DNA of 64,000 nucleotides, taken from the NCBI GenBank assembly GCA_021773195.1, contig JAJFKN010000028.1, positions 18,533 to 82,532 on the forward strand, in the 5' to 3' direction. The position numbers and the translations under genes are program-made. The notes under the pieces were generated by a model. It made no database searches. It saw only the letters and a program-made list of their open reading frames with translations, and was not told the DNA's origin. This document shows, piece after piece, positions 30,694 to 41,335 of this stretch. The first letter of the stretch is position 1. The number at the start of each line of letters is the position of its first letter. This DNA comes from Gammaproteobacteria bacterium. Its GTDB lineage: Bacteria > Pseudomonadota > Gammaproteobacteria > JAKBBU01.

Positions 30694-32088
30694 CTAAAAA
30701 GGCAGCACGAGCTCACTGTCTAATTTCAATAATTCCCGACGGAATATGTCTTGAATTTGCAACAGAGCCTTTTCATTATCCGCTTCAAAACGCATGACCA
30801 AACAAGGCGTGGTGTTAGAGGGCCGTATTAACCCCCATCCTTCAGGGAATTCCACACGTACACCATCGATATCAATGATATGCGCATCGCCAAAGTCCGC
30901 TTTTTGTTTAATGAGGTCCATAAAAGTAAATTTAATGGCTTCATCCAAAGGTAATTTCAATTCAGGCGTATTCACACTGTCGGGGAAATCATTAAATATA
31001 CTGGCAATATCTCGCGCGTCCTTGGCAACGATTTCTAATAAACGGGCACCGGTATAAAGGGCATCGTCGAATCCATACCAACGTTCTTTAAAAAAAATAT
31101 GCCCACTCATTTCCCCCGCTAGGGGCGCACCGGTTTCTTGGATTTTTGCTTTTACCAGTGAATGACCTGTTTTCCACATCAAAGGTCGGCCGCCTTCAGC
31201 TTCAATCACATCTGCCAACTTACTTGTGCATTTCACATCAAAAATAATTTGTTCGCCTGGCACCCGGGACAAGATATCCTTGGCATATAACATCATTTGC
31301 CGATCAGGCCATATATTCTCACCTTCATTGGTAATCACCCCCAAGCGATCACCATCACCATCAAAGGCTAATCCCACGTGAGCTTTTTCAGCGATGACAC
31401 GGTCCATTAATTCTTGAATGTTTTCTAACTGTGAAGGGTCAGGATGATGATTAGGGAATGTGCCATCCACATCGCAATACATCTCGATCACATCACAACC
31501 CAACGCCTTAAATAATTCTGGTGCAATTACACCGGGCACCCCATTGCCGCAGTCTATGACGATTTTTAAAGGTTTTTTTAATTTCACATCTTGGCAAACG
31601 CGTTTTATATAATCGGCTTTAATATCTCGCTGGCTGTAGCTGCCCTGCCCTTGTAAAAAATCTTCATCATTAATACGTTGATACAAAGATTGAATGGTAT
31701 CCCCTGACAAGGTTTTACCGGCCATGACCATCTTCATCCCATTGTAATCGCCGGGGTTATGACTGCCCGTTAACATAATGCCCGTTTTAGAAGTTAAAGT
31801 ATAAGTAGCAAAGTACACGAGAGGTGTGGGCACTAACCCCAAATCAATGACATCGCAACCACTATCACACAAACCAGCGCTTAATGCTTCGCTTAATTGA
31901 GGACTGGACAGGCGGCCATCGCGACCAATAATAATTGCCAATTCTCCTGCCAGTGATGCTTCGCTGGCAAAGGCCCGACCAATAGCATAGGCCATATTCA
32001 AAGATAATTGATCTTCCCGAGCGATACCACGAATATCATAGGCTCGGAAAATGGATTGGCAAGGAGGCTTTGGAATACTGTATGTCAT
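30694..32088 (-). CDS. Phosphomannomutase/phosphoglucomutase (alpha-D-phosphohexomutase family, AlgC/ManB-like)
   Basis: 464 aa. The active-site Ser loop TGSHNPGDYNGMK, the metal-binding DGDGDR motif and a sugar-binding GEMSGH loop are present. Confidence 0.9.
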   Translation of the reverse strand: MTYSIPKPPCQSIFRAYDIRGIAREDQLSLNMAYAIGRAFASEASLAGELAIIIGRDGRLSSPQLSEALSAGLCDSGCDVIDLGLVPTPLVYFATYTLTSKTGIMLTGSHNPGDYNGMKMVMAGKTLSGDTIQSLYQRINDEDFLQGQGSYSQRDIKADYIKRVCQDVKLKKPLKIVIDCGNGVPGVIAPELFKALGCDVIEMYCDVDGTFPNHHPDPSQLENIQELMDRVIAEKAHVGLAFDGDGDRLGVITNEGENIWPDRQMMLYAKDILSRVPGEQIIFDVKCTSKLADVIEAEGGRPLMWKTGHSLVKAKIQETGAPLAGEMSGHIFFKERWYGFDDALYTGARLLEIVAKDARDIASIFNDFPDSVNTPELKLPLDEAIKFTFMDLIKQKADFGDAHIIDIDGVRVEFPEGWGLIRPSNTTPCLVMRFEADNEKALLQIQDIFRRELLKLDSELVLPF

Positions 32089-32186
32089 GGTACTTCATTC
32101 TTTTGAAAAAAAGCCAGTTTGCCTCACTTGAGGGGTTTTATCAATGTTGCTGATGAGCAAAGTCTGCTTTCTCTAAGTTCTCAGAA

Positions 32187-33059
32187 TTATACGCTTTCGT
32201 TTTGCTTGCTATAACAGAGGATTTCCTTAGAATCGTCAGAATCATAATCTTCTTCATTGTCAGGCCCAAGTATGTCAGTTTGAATGGACCCTGTTACTGC
32301 ATCCCCTCTAAACACAGCGCCAAAATAAGTCCCAATGCTGTAAACAGTCCCTCGATAAGCCCCATTGAACAATTGCGCCCCGGCAAAGCATAACCCAGCT
32401 GATAGGCCGACAGCTACAGCAATGGATTCCGAATCTAATGCATCGGGGTCATAGCCCATGAGCTGCATGAGGGGACCCACTAAGAAAAATAGCCAATCGG
32501 CATTAGCTACTTGGTAACTGATGGGCCAAGTGCGCCACTGCGTTTGAGTCACACGACCTGCCAATTGAAAAAGTGGACCCGTTATGGCATTAAATAATGA
32601 AAAGGCGAATAATATACTCAAGTACCCACTGCCTGCCAAGTCACCTAAGTAACTAGCACCATCAGCAATAAAGTTCCACAAAAATGCAACAATAAACACA
32701 CAATAAGCCAACTGGCCTGCACTTTTGAAGGTAGCACCCATATCAGTTTGCAAATTACCTTTAGCAGATTCCAGAAAAAGAAAAATAACCACTGCACCTA
32801 TGGCACCACCCGTGCCCGTGAAGAGATTGCGCCAGATCCCACGGAAGGCACGTTCTTCCATGGCTGGCATGTTTTGGGTTTGCATGTAATCTGCGAAGAC
32901 AGCATAAGCTTTATCGGCCGCTTCCCAACCTGCTCCACAACCGGCGCATTTTAATGCCACTTCATCAAAAATGGACTTCAAAATGGAACTGGAACTGGCT
33001 ACTTCACTTGCTGTAACGTGGCTGGACTGAGCTGCCCTTCCGCCCTGTTGATATGACAT
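32187..33059 (-). CDS. Hypothetical polytopic membrane protein with acidic C-terminus
   Basis: 290 aa with at least 5 predicted TM helices and a C-terminal tail rich in D/E (DNEEDYDSDDSKE). The gene is flanked by AT-rich non-coding DNA on both sides. No family was recognised. Confidence 0.4.
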   Translation of the reverse strand: MSYQQGGRAAQSSHVTASEVASSSSILKSIFDEVALKCAGCGAGWEAADKAYAVFADYMQTQNMPAMEERAFRGIWRNLFTGTGGAIGAVVIFLFLESAKGNLQTDMGATFKSAGQLAYCVFIVAFLWNFIADGASYLGDLAGSGYLSILFAFSLFNAITGPLFQLAGRVTQTQWRTWPISYQVANADWLFFLVGPLMQLMGYDPDALDSESIAVAVGLSAGLCFAGAQLFNGAYRGTVYSIGTYFGAVFRGDAVTGSIQTDILGPDNEEDYDSDDSKEILCYSKQNESV

Positions 33060-33246
33060 TCTATACCTCTCCTATATTATCTATTCTTTTCGGCTCATTA
33101 TCTCTAATCATTATTATCTGTGCATATTATCAAATTCCGGCTTTTATGTCCATATAGAGAACAATCATGATTTCAGCGATTCGCTGATGCAAGCCACGCA
33201 TTTTTAAGGCAAAATAGACTTTTCCAAGGATATAGGAGTCCTCTTC

Positions 33247-33555
33247 ATGCCCACACTGACCGGGCGCCCCATCAGTCACCTTGTGATACCTGGTTTAGCG
33301 CTATTATCTTGGGGAAATAAACTTACCAAGGAAAATTATGATAAAATTCAAGAAGGTATGAGTCAGCCTGAGGTTTATAACCTGCTTGGCCGTCCTACCC
33401 AGAAGGCCGCCTATAGCCTCAATGGGCTATCAGGGACTCAAACTCTGTGGAAAAAGTCGGGCAAAACCGTTACAATCCTGTTCACTGATAATCAAGTAAG
33501 GACCAAGACCTATATCCAGGATGATGAACAACCGTCAGCACAACCAGCCAAATAG
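33247..33555 (+). CDS. Hypothetical small protein with SmpA/OmlA (BamE-like) fold signature
   Basis: 102 aa with an AGGAG RBS 8 nt upstream. The stretch LTKENYDKIQEGMSQPEVYNLLGRP...VTILFTDNQV resembles the BamE/SmpA_OmlA pattern (LTxExxxxIxxGMxxxxVxxLLGxP). No lipobox cysteine is present. Confidence 0.35.
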   Translation: MPTLTGRPISHLVIPGLALLSWGNKLTKENYDKIQEGMSQPEVYNLLGRPTQKAAYSLNGLSGTQTLWKKSGKTVTILFTDNQVRTKTYIQDDEQPSAQPAK

Positions 33556-33567
33556 GTAATAGCAATC

Positions 33568-34359
33568 ATGACAGCAGCAACCGCCATACAACCCTTTTCT
33601 AAAATTATTCTTGGAAGCTTGAGGCTCTATAAGCAAGGGCTCATTAAAATTCTCCCCCTTTGCGTCATCTATTTTCTTTTATTGTTTTTAGCCCATATGG
33701 GCGAGACACTACCTTTTGTCCCCCCCGCGGTGCATACCGCATTACCTATTTTGATGACCCTCATTTCGCCTTTAATTTTGGCAGCACTGGTTTTTAGTTT
33801 GGATGAATTCCTGCATGACAAACCCATTTGTTATAAGCGAGCCTTAGGACTCGTTTGCCGTAAAATTCATATCTTAGTCATTTGTTTTGTTATTTATACC
33901 TTAGCAATTATTATAGGTGGCTTTCTTTTAGTGATACCCGGTGTCTTCATCATGGTATCGGCATTGTATTTTTATAATATTGTCATGTTAGAAAATGGCG
34001 GCATTTGGGGTTCCTTAAAGGGCAGCCTGCTATTGGTTTGGGGCCATTGGTTCCGCACCGCAGCTGTTTTCTTTAGTGCGATGTTTATTTACATTATTTG
34101 CAGCGTGCTTATCGCTTCGCTATTAGCTGGCCTAACCTTTGTTCTGCAATGGGTATTAATTCATTTAGGTGTGGATCAATTACGTGCGGCGCAAATGACT
34201 AACAACATCGCCATGGTGGGTATTCTATTTGGCCCTGCTATTTTAGTGCCCCTCCCCGCGTGCTTCATGGTAATGCAATTTAGAGATTTGCAATTACGTA
34301 AGAAAGCAGATGCGCTAGAAGCCGCCGCGGCGAATGATGAAGCAACCCTTAGCGAATAA
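33568..34359 (+). CDS. Hypothetical integral membrane protein (263 aa, ~6 TM)
   Basis: 13 nt downstream of the previous small gene, so probably a two-gene operon. Multiple long hydrophobic segments are present. No family was recognised. Confidence 0.45.
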   Translation: MTAATAIQPFSKIILGSLRLYKQGLIKILPLCVIYFLLLFLAHMGETLPFVPPAVHTALPILMTLISPLILAALVFSLDEFLHDKPICYKRALGLVCRKIHILVICFVIYTLAIIIGGFLLVIPGVFIMVSALYFYNIVMLENGGIWGSLKGSLLLVWGHWFRTAAVFFSAMFIYIICSVLIASLLAGLTFVLQWVLIHLGVDQLRAAQMTNNIAMVGILFGPAILVPLPACFMVMQFRDLQLRKKADALEAAAANDEATLSE

Positions 34360-34432
34360 TAACCGACAGAAACCCGTCACCCCGATAAGGGTTTACCTTT
34401 AGACCCAGGGGAACGTTTTACTCACCTTTGGA

Positions 34433-34452
34433 TCTCCTGCCTTCGCAGGAGA
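34433..34452. terminator. 8-bp perfect stem-loop (TCTCCTGC-cttc-GCAGGAGA) between convergent genes; no flanking T-run
   Basis: The inverted repeat was seen directly in the 136-nt convergent intergenic region between the membrane-protein gene (+) and dut (-). The T-tract expected of an intrinsic terminator is lacking. Confidence 0.3.
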
Positions 34453-34495
34453 TGACCTTGGAGTATCGCGGAGATAACGGGTATCGCGACACTAA

Positions 34496-34948
34496 TTACA
34501 GACGCCCTGAAGATCCAAACCCACCTTCGCCCCGCTCTGTGGTTTCAAACTCTTCCACAACATCAAAGTTAGCGCGAATAATAGGCACGAAAACCAGCTG
34601 AGCTAAGCGTTCACCGGGTTCGATGGTGAAGGGATTTAAACTGCGATTCCAACAAGATACCATTAGGGGACCTTGATAATCAGAATCAATTAATCCCACT
34701 AAGTTACCTAATACAATCCCATGTTTATGACCTAAACCAGAACGCGGTAAAATGGTAGCGGCAATGTTAGGATCACGCATATGTACACTGATTCCCGTAG
34801 GAATGAGTTGAGTTTCAGAAGGTTTTAAGATCAAAGGCTCATCAATACAAGCTCGCAAATCTAACCCCGCGGAACCTGTAGTCGCATAACTGGGTAAAGG
34901 ATAAGTGCTACCAATACGTGAGTCTAAAATCTTTAATTCAATGTTCAT
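34496..34948 (-). CDS. dut: Deoxyuridine 5'-triphosphate nucleotidohydrolase
   Basis: Canonical dUTPase motifs are present ([18 protein letters not shown]). The start was set at MNIELKIL to give 151 aa with a 4-nt overlap with coaBC; the ORF-track Met is 33 codons upstream. Confidence 0.93.
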   Translation of the reverse strand: MNIELKILDSRIGSTYPLPSYATTGSAGLDLRACIDEPLILKPSETQLIPTGISVHMRDPNIAATILPRSGLGHKHGIVLGNLVGLIDSDYQGPLMVSCWNRSLNPFTIEPGERLAQLVFVPIIRANFDVVEEFETTERGEGGFGSSGRL

Positions 34949-36150
34949 GCCTTCCTCTCTTGCATTCTTTCGGCAATACAAGCAATTAATGCTTGAGCTA
35001 ATTGCCTCTTGGGTTGTAATGAAAATGTTTTCTGGCCATGGGGCCATAAGGCGGTTGCTGCATTATCATCGCTGTGGAACCCTCTATCGGGTTTATCCAC
35101 TTCATTGGCAATGATCATATCAATGCATTTATTTTTTAATTTCTCACGGGCCTTAGCTTCCACTTCTTCTGTTTGTGCAGCAAACCCCACACAGAAAACC
35201 TCATGGGGTTGTGCTGCCATGATGGCCAATATATCGGGATTCTTTACCAATTCTAAGGTGACATTGTCTTTTGAGCACGGAATTTTTTTTATGGCACTGT
35301 TAACCGGAGCATAATCAGCCACCGCTGCTGCGCTAATAAATACATCACAAGAAGCAGCTAAAGGTAATACTGCATCCAACATTTCTTGCGCACGCTGAAC
35401 CTTTATGCAGGTAACTTCTGGAGGCGGTGTCATGCCCACAGGTCCAGAAATCAAAAATACATCGGCGCCCGCTTCATAGGCCGCTTGTGCCAAAGCGTAA
35501 CCCATTTTCCCAGAACTGTGATTACTGAGGAAACGCACCGGGTCAATGGGCTCTTGCGTGGGACCGGCCGTAATAACCACTTTCAGCCCATCCAATAAAT
35601 TCGTTTTATAAAAACCTTCTAATTTCTCGGTGATGATTTCCGGTTCTTGCATACGACCCACCCCCACTTCGCCGCAAGCCTGTTCGCCGATCGTAGGATC
35701 GATAATCACCTTACCGTGCTTTTTTAACAGCAATACATTATCTTGTGTGGCTTTGTCCTTCCACATTTCATGATTCATGGCTGGCGCCACAAAAATGGGG
35801 GCTTTGCTTGCTAAACATAAGGTTGTCAATAAATCATCGGCTCTGCCTTGGGCTAAGCGAGCTAAACAATTAGCGGTTGCAGGAGCGATGATCACTCCGT
35901 GGGCCCAACGAGCCATTTCAATATGCCCCATGGCTGCTTCAGCTTCTACATCCAAAAGATCATCTAAAACACGATGGCCCGACAACGCTTGCATGGTAAG
36001 AGGGGTAATAAAGGACTTGGCGCCTTCGGTCATAACCACACGCACCTCTGCCCCCGCTTTGCGCAAACAGCGTACTAGTTCAGCACTCTTATAGGCAGCG
36101 ATGCCGCCAGTAATACCTAAGACAAAATTTTTGTGACGTAGAGAACTCAT
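34945..36150 (-). CDS. coaBC: Bifunctional phosphopantothenoylcysteine decarboxylase / phosphopantothenate--cysteine ligase
   Basis: 401 aa with an N-terminal flavoprotein domain ([12 protein letters not shown]) and a C-terminal CoaB domain. The coaBC-dut order is conserved. Confidence 0.93.
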   Translation of the reverse strand: MSSLRHKNFVLGITGGIAAYKSAELVRCLRKAGAEVRVVMTEGAKSFITPLTMQALSGHRVLDDLLDVEAEAAMGHIEMARWAHGVIIAPATANCLARLAQGRADDLLTTLCLASKAPIFVAPAMNHEMWKDKATQDNVLLLKKHGKVIIDPTIGEQACGEVGVGRMQEPEIITEKLEGFYKTNLLDGLKVVITAGPTQEPIDPVRFLSNHSSGKMGYALAQAAYEAGADVFLISGPVGMTPPPEVTCIKVQRAQEMLDAVLPLAASCDVFISAAAVADYAPVNSAIKKIPCSKDNVTLELVKNPDILAIMAAQPHEVFCVGFAAQTEEVEAKAREKLKNKCIDMIIANEVDKPDRGFHSDDNAATALWPHGQKTFSLQPKRQLAQALIACIAERMQERKA

Positions 36151-36216
36151 ATCTTACAACCTGCCCTAATAATCTATGGCATCCTATCATTTCACCCCCA
36201 TGCATGCGAGAAGAGA

Positions 36217-36894
36217 ATGCAAGCCATCAAACATTGGCCTCTACAAGAACAACCCCGCTATAAGCTCTTAAATCATGGGGCCCAGAGCCTAAGTGATGCA
36301 GAATTACTGGCTATTTTCCTGCGCACGGGCATTAAAGGCAAGACAGCCATAGACCTTTCCAGAGATATTCTACAACGCTTTGGGGGGATTCGCCCCCTTT
36401 TGGATAATAGCTGGAAAGAAATTCAAGCTGTTAAAGGCTTGGGAGCCGTAAAGTATGCCCAGTTAAAAGCTTGCCCCGAATTATCTCGACGTTACTTTCA
36501 AGAAACCCTACAGCGCCAATGCATTACACAACATCCCCATACCCTACAGCGATACCTGACAGAGCAATTAAGAGCCCATGGGCAAGAAGTCTTTGCTTGC
36601 CTCTTTTTGGACAGCCAACATCGCCTCATTGCCTTTAAAAAGCTCTTTTATGGCACCTTACATACCACTTACGTTCACCCCAGAGAGATTCTCAAACAAT
36701 CTTTAAATTACAATGCAGCGGCTCTAATTCTGGCCCATAATCACCCTTCTGGCGACCCCAAGCCCAGTAAGGCCGACATAGAGGTGACTCAGCGCATCAA
36801 GAGAGCCTTAGAACTCCTAGATATCCCCATTTTGGACCATCTTATCGTAGGGGATAACGAAGTATTTTCCTTCTACGATGGTGGGTTACTATAA
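36217..36894 (+). CDS. radC: RadC-family (UPF0758) JAB/MPN-domain protein
   Basis: N-terminal helix-hairpin-helix region and the C-terminal JAMM motif (ILAHNHPSGDPKPS) are present. The gene is divergent from coaBC-dut and upstream of rpmB-rpmG, the standard arrangement. Confidence 0.88.
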   Translation: MQAIKHWPLQEQPRYKLLNHGAQSLSDAELLAIFLRTGIKGKTAIDLSRDILQRFGGIRPLLDNSWKEIQAVKGLGAVKYAQLKACPELSRRYFQETLQRQCITQHPHTLQRYLTEQLRAHGQEVFACLFLDSQHRLIAFKKLFYGTLHTTYVHPREILKQSLNYNAAALILAHNHPSGDPKPSKADIEVTQRIKRALELLDIPILDHLIVGDNEVFSFYDGGLL

Positions 36895-36968
36895 TGGGGC
36901 TTGAATAGATAGGGCATATTTGTTATAAAGGCCCGCTCACTACAAGAGAATAATCAGGAGATAAGATT

Positions 36969-37205
36969 ATGTCACAGGTTTGTCAGGTTACGGGAAAGCG
37001 CCCTATGTCGGGAAATAACGTTTCTCATGCCAACAATAAGACCAGACGACGCTTCCTCCCCAATTTGCAAGCTAAGCGGATATGGGTAGAAAGTGAACAG
37101 CGCTATGTGCGTTTGAAAATCAGCACGAAGGGCATGCGTATCATCGATAAATTAGGTATTGATACGGTTCTGGCTAAATTACGCCAAAATGGCGAAAAAG
37201 TATAA
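36969..37205 (+). CDS. rpmB: 50S ribosomal protein L28
   Basis: 78 aa beginning [25 protein letters not shown]..., the canonical L28 sequence. Confidence 0.95.
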   Translation: MSQVCQVTGKRPMSGNNVSHANNKTRRRFLPNLQAKRIWVESEQRYVRLKISTKGMRIIDKLGIDTVLAKLRQNGEKV

Positions 37206-37218
37206 AGGGGTTTAAATT

Positions 37219-37401
37219 ATGGCAGCGCCAGCTTATACCAAAGTAAAAATGGTCTCTACAGCTGATACGGGTTATTATTACACTACCACAGTGAATAAGA
37301 AGAACCGTCAAATGAAAGGCCAAGGTAAATTGGTCTTAAAAAAATTCGATCCTAAAGTGCGTAAGCATGTGGAATTTAAAGAAGAGAAAATTAAGTCATA
37401 G
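37219..37401 (+). CDS. rpmG: 50S ribosomal protein L33
   Basis: 60 aa. The stretch [22 protein letters not shown]...[16 protein letters not shown] is the canonical L33. Confidence 0.93.
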   Translation: MAAPAYTKVKMVSTADTGYYYTTTVNKKNRQMKGQGKLVLKKFDPKVRKHVEFKEEKIKS

Positions 37402-37460
37402 GCTAGCTATCTATTTAGTCCTTTGTTAGAATCCCTTTTCGAATTTTAAAGTTTATAAGT

Positions 37461-37489
37461 CTCCCTCTCATCGAGGGGGGCTTTTTTTA
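37461..37489 (+). terminator. Rho-independent terminator of rpmB-rpmG
   Basis: The sequence is CTCCCTC-tcatc-GAGGGGGG followed by CTTTTTTTA, ~60 nt after the rpmG stop. Confidence 0.6.
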
Positions 37490-37709
37490 TACCTGTATTA
37501 TTTCCATCTTAGAATTACCCTCTGGAAACCTGACAAACTCATCAATCCGCGACCTCCGATCCCATTTTTCCAAACACGCGGTAAATACATCCCTGTACGC
37601 TCGTATGCGGCATCCCTGCCGCATACGGTTTGCAAAAATAGGACCCTCGGTTTGGATTGATATTGTGGTACGAATCCACTTATTCCCGGGGGTTAATTCT
37701 AAGATAATA

Positions 37710-39407
37710 TTAAGGAACAACTTGCCACTGGCCAATCCCACGGGGATCCGATGCTCCTAAGACCTTATTATTTTTTGTATCCCAATATACCGCTTGCATG
37801 TCACCATAGGGTTGTTTTAGTGCTTTCAAATGGTAGCCCATTTTACGCAAAGCCTTCTGTTGTTCCAAAGTAAAGGCATCAGGCTCGTATTGCACGGTAT
37901 CAGGCAAGTATTGCAAATGGTAACGTTTTACCTGTACCCAATGTTCAGGATTGGGATGCTTAGGCATATCCAAAATCGCTAATAACACCATGCTGACAAT
38001 GCGGCTACCACCAGGCGTGCCTAATATAGCAACACCATCAGGGGTTTGCACAAAACTTGGGGTCATGCTAGACAAAGGCCGCTTACCGGGTTCGATGATA
38101 TTAGCTCGTGACCCGATTAAACCATACACATTGGGCACGCCTGGATTCACAGCAAAGTCATCCATTTCATCATTCAATAAAACCCCGGTACCTGAGACCA
38201 CAAAACCCGACCCAAAAATGTAGTTATTACTTAGGGTCGCCGACACATAATTGCCTTTTCTGTCTAATACAGAAATCTGTGTTGTATTGCCTTCACTTTC
38301 GCGAATGCTGTCGCCCATAGGTAGTTCACGACTAGCCATCGCTCTATGTAAATGAATTTTTGTGGCGAGCTGTTTAGCATTGTCTAAGCTTAATAATTTT
38401 CTTAGGGGAGCCTTAACAAAATCTGGGTCGCCCAAATATAAAGTCCGTTGCCAATAAGCCATACGCATGGCTTCTAAAATCAAATGCAATTGAGTGATGG
38501 GTTTTAAAGTCGCCATGGGAAATTGGCTTAAGATATTTAACATGGTAATAATGCCCACGCCACCGGCAGAAGGCGGCGGCGCTGTAATCACCGCCATGCC
38601 ATGATATTGCCCCTCTAGGGGTTTGCGCACAATCACATGATAGTTTTGCAAATCCTTTAGTTGCCAAACGCCACCATGCTTTTTGACCTCTTGCACCATA
38701 GTTTCCGCTATAGGTCCCTGATAAAACCCCGCTTTGCCTTCTTGCGCAATGGTTTCCAGGGTCTGCGCTAACTGGGGTTGTTTGATTAGAGTACCTAAAG
38801 GCGGCACTTTGTTGTTACGCAAGTAAATAGTTGCACTGCTGGGGTAGCGTTGTAATACCGCTAAACGCCATTTAGCAAAGCGTTGGTATTTTTTATCGAC
38901 TTTAAAACCCTGTTGTGCCAGTTGAATAGCCGGGGCAAAATCTTTGGCTAGGGTTAATTGGCCATAATGTTTTACCATATACACCATGCCAGCCACTTCA
39001 CCGGGAATGGCTGCAGCGTTGGGCCCATTAATGGAAGAACCTGGAATGTAGTGATCACTTTCATCCATGTACATATTGGGTCTAGCTGAACTGGGCGCTG
39101 TTTCACGGCTATCGATAAAAGTATTACGCTTATTGCTGGCTTGATGAATTAACCAAAAACCCCCACCGCCTAAACCCGATTGATAGGGTTCCACCACGGC
39201 TAAAGCGGCAGCCACGGCCACTGTAGCATCAAAGGCATTGCCGCCTTGTTTCAAAACGGTAACGCCGGCTTGAGTGGCTTCAGGATCGGCACTGGCAATG
39301 GCTGCCGCATGAAGTCTTATAGAAGATGTTCTATGCAAGAAAATATAAAGAATGAGTACGCAAAGCAATACTGCAATGATTACAGCGAACATCCTTGTGA
39401 TTTTCAT
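37710..39407 (-). CDS. ggt: Gamma-glutamyltranspeptidase
   Basis: 565 aa with an N-terminal signal/anchor. The autoprocessing nucleophile region GNTTQISVLDRKGN and the C-terminal GG-motif (TPGGSRI) are present. Confidence 0.9.
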   Translation of the reverse strand: MKITRMFAVIIAVLLCVLILYIFLHRTSSIRLHAAAIASADPEATQAGVTVLKQGGNAFDATVAVAAALAVVEPYQSGLGGGGFWLIHQASNKRNTFIDSRETAPSSARPNMYMDESDHYIPGSSINGPNAAAIPGEVAGMVYMVKHYGQLTLAKDFAPAIQLAQQGFKVDKKYQRFAKWRLAVLQRYPSSATIYLRNNKVPPLGTLIKQPQLAQTLETIAQEGKAGFYQGPIAETMVQEVKKHGGVWQLKDLQNYHVIVRKPLEGQYHGMAVITAPPPSAGGVGIITMLNILSQFPMATLKPITQLHLILEAMRMAYWQRTLYLGDPDFVKAPLRKLLSLDNAKQLATKIHLHRAMASRELPMGDSIRESEGNTTQISVLDRKGNYVSATLSNNYIFGSGFVVSGTGVLLNDEMDDFAVNPGVPNVYGLIGSRANIIEPGKRPLSSMTPSFVQTPDGVAILGTPGGSRIVSMVLLAILDMPKHPNPEHWVQVKRYHLQYLPDTVQYEPDAFTLEQQKALRKMGYHLKALKQPYGDMQAVYWDTKNNKVLGASDPRGIGQWQVVP

Positions 39408-39412
39408 GGCAA

Positions 39413-39685
39413 CTAATCCTCTGTATCAGTCTCTGCCTTAGCGCGCATTAATCCTTCGTATTTTAATTGTAATTGTTCATTGGATTCAACAAAATCAGGA
39501 TGTACGGGAATACAATCCACGGGGCAAATGTCTCGACATTGAGGAATATCAAAATGCCCAACACATTCGGTGCATTTAGATGTATCAATTTCATAAATAA
39601 TTTCACCCATGTAAATAGCATCATTAGGACATTCGGGTTCACAAACGTCGCAATTGATGCATTCATCGGTAATGGTTAATGCCAT
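39413..39685 (-). CDS. fdxA: Ferredoxin with two Cys clusters (FdxA-type [3Fe-4S][4Fe-4S])
   Basis: 90 aa with CINCDVCEPECP and CTEC...CRDICPVDC cysteine motifs. It lies 4 nt downstream of coaD. Confidence 0.8.
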   Translation of the reverse strand: MALTITDECINCDVCEPECPNDAIYMGEIIYEIDTSKCTECVGHFDIPQCRDICPVDCIPVHPDFVESNEQLQLKYEGLMRAKAETDTED

Positions 39686-39688
39686 GGT

Positions 39689-40216
<528 letters not shown>

Positions 40217-40223
40217 CTAAGGT

Positions 40224-40260
40224 AAAAAAAAAGCCATGGACCCCGAAGGGTACCATGGCT
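40224..40260 (-). terminator. Rho-independent terminator for the upstream secreted-protein gene
   Basis: The minus strand reads AAGCCATGGTACCC-TTCG-GGGTCCATGGCTT followed by T9. It lies 27 nt after the stop of the 40287..40976 gene. Confidence 0.65.
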
Positions 40261-40286
40261 TGAATCCTCTCGAATGAGTTAGATTA

Positions 40287-40976
40287 TTAATTTACAGGGC
40301 AAGCATTAGCCGTTATTTTCAAACCTGATGAAGCTTCATCATGCTTTCCATGGACATTACTATAGTTGTCGAATGAAAAAGGTTTATAACCATCTTGTGG
40401 CGTACCTAAGCTGCCGTCTTGATTGACCAACATGATATTGGTATCTTCAACATCGGTATCAGAGGGGTGACAAGACTCATCCATAAAACCGGCATCAATG
40501 TTATGGTACTTATAGTAAACTTTAAAGGTTTCTACATAAGTCTGACCACCAGTACATTTGTTGTATGCAACAAAATCAATATGCCCTTGAGCGTACCCAT
40601 CTTTTTCATGGGTGTAATATGTGGTACTTGCATCTTTCAAGTTCACTGAATAGGTACGAGCAATACCTAATGGATCTGTATAGTTAAATGCCGAGTCATC
40701 AGTAATTTTCCACTCGTTATCATTGTCACTAGAATCTTCTGCTTCCTGCGTCATGAGATCACCATGCTTATAAGATAATGGGTTAATATTATCGCTTGGT
40801 GATTTTGAGATATCTTTGTCGTCATTCAATTTTTGAACTGTGATGGCTTGGTTCGTGCTATTTGTTACATCCGTATCTATCATCAACTTAGCATTATTAC
40901 AATAACCTGTGGCATACATAGCTGCAGGTAAAGTTAATAGGCCGACAAAACATAATTTTTTTAGGACGTGATTCAT
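40287..40976 (-). CDS. Hypothetical secreted protein (229 aa, Sec signal peptide, 5 Cys)
   Basis: N-terminal MNHVLKKLCFVGLLTLPAAMYA is a typical signal peptide. The mature part is Asp/Asn/Thr/Tyr-rich with no recognisable family. The gene is a monocistronic unit with its own strong terminator and a 360-bp AT-rich upstream region. Confidence 0.5.
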   Translation of the reverse strand: MNHVLKKLCFVGLLTLPAAMYATGYCNNAKLMIDTDVTNSTNQAITVQKLNDDKDISKSPSDNINPLSYKHGDLMTQEAEDSSDNDNEWKITDDSAFNYTDPLGIARTYSVNLKDASTTYYTHEKDGYAQGHIDFVAYNKCTGGQTYVETFKVYYKYHNIDAGFMDESCHPSDTDVEDTNIMLVNQDGSLGTPQDGYKPFSFDNYSNVHGKHDEASSGLKITANACPVN

Positions 40977-41335
40977 TTCTACTTTCCTCGTATTGGGCAG
41001 TTACTTGGTTTCTTAAAAAAGGTTTTTTTACGGCAACAGAATACTCGTGCTCTAAGCTCTTGTGGCTGAAAGGTTGTTTAATGTATTTTGAGGACCGGTT
41101 TTTGGAAGAATTCCAGATTTGGACAAATTATACCTAGATTTACCCCTCAATGCAAGGGCTTTAGACATACAATCATTATCAATGACTAATTTATGCCTAT
41201 AGATTTCGCATTCTCACCCATAACTCCATGAATTAACTAATTATTTAAAATACGTCCCAAAACATAAGCCTCAAGGAATCCAACCTACGGTCGCTATAGT
41301 CAGGAGAAAATACATATTTATAAGGTACCTTAACC

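Noticed and set aside
37487-37741. 84-codon ORF on the minus strand between rpmG and ggt.
   Set aside because: It overlaps the ggt 3' end and the rpmG terminator region. It has no RBS, and the region is better explained as non-coding with hairpins.
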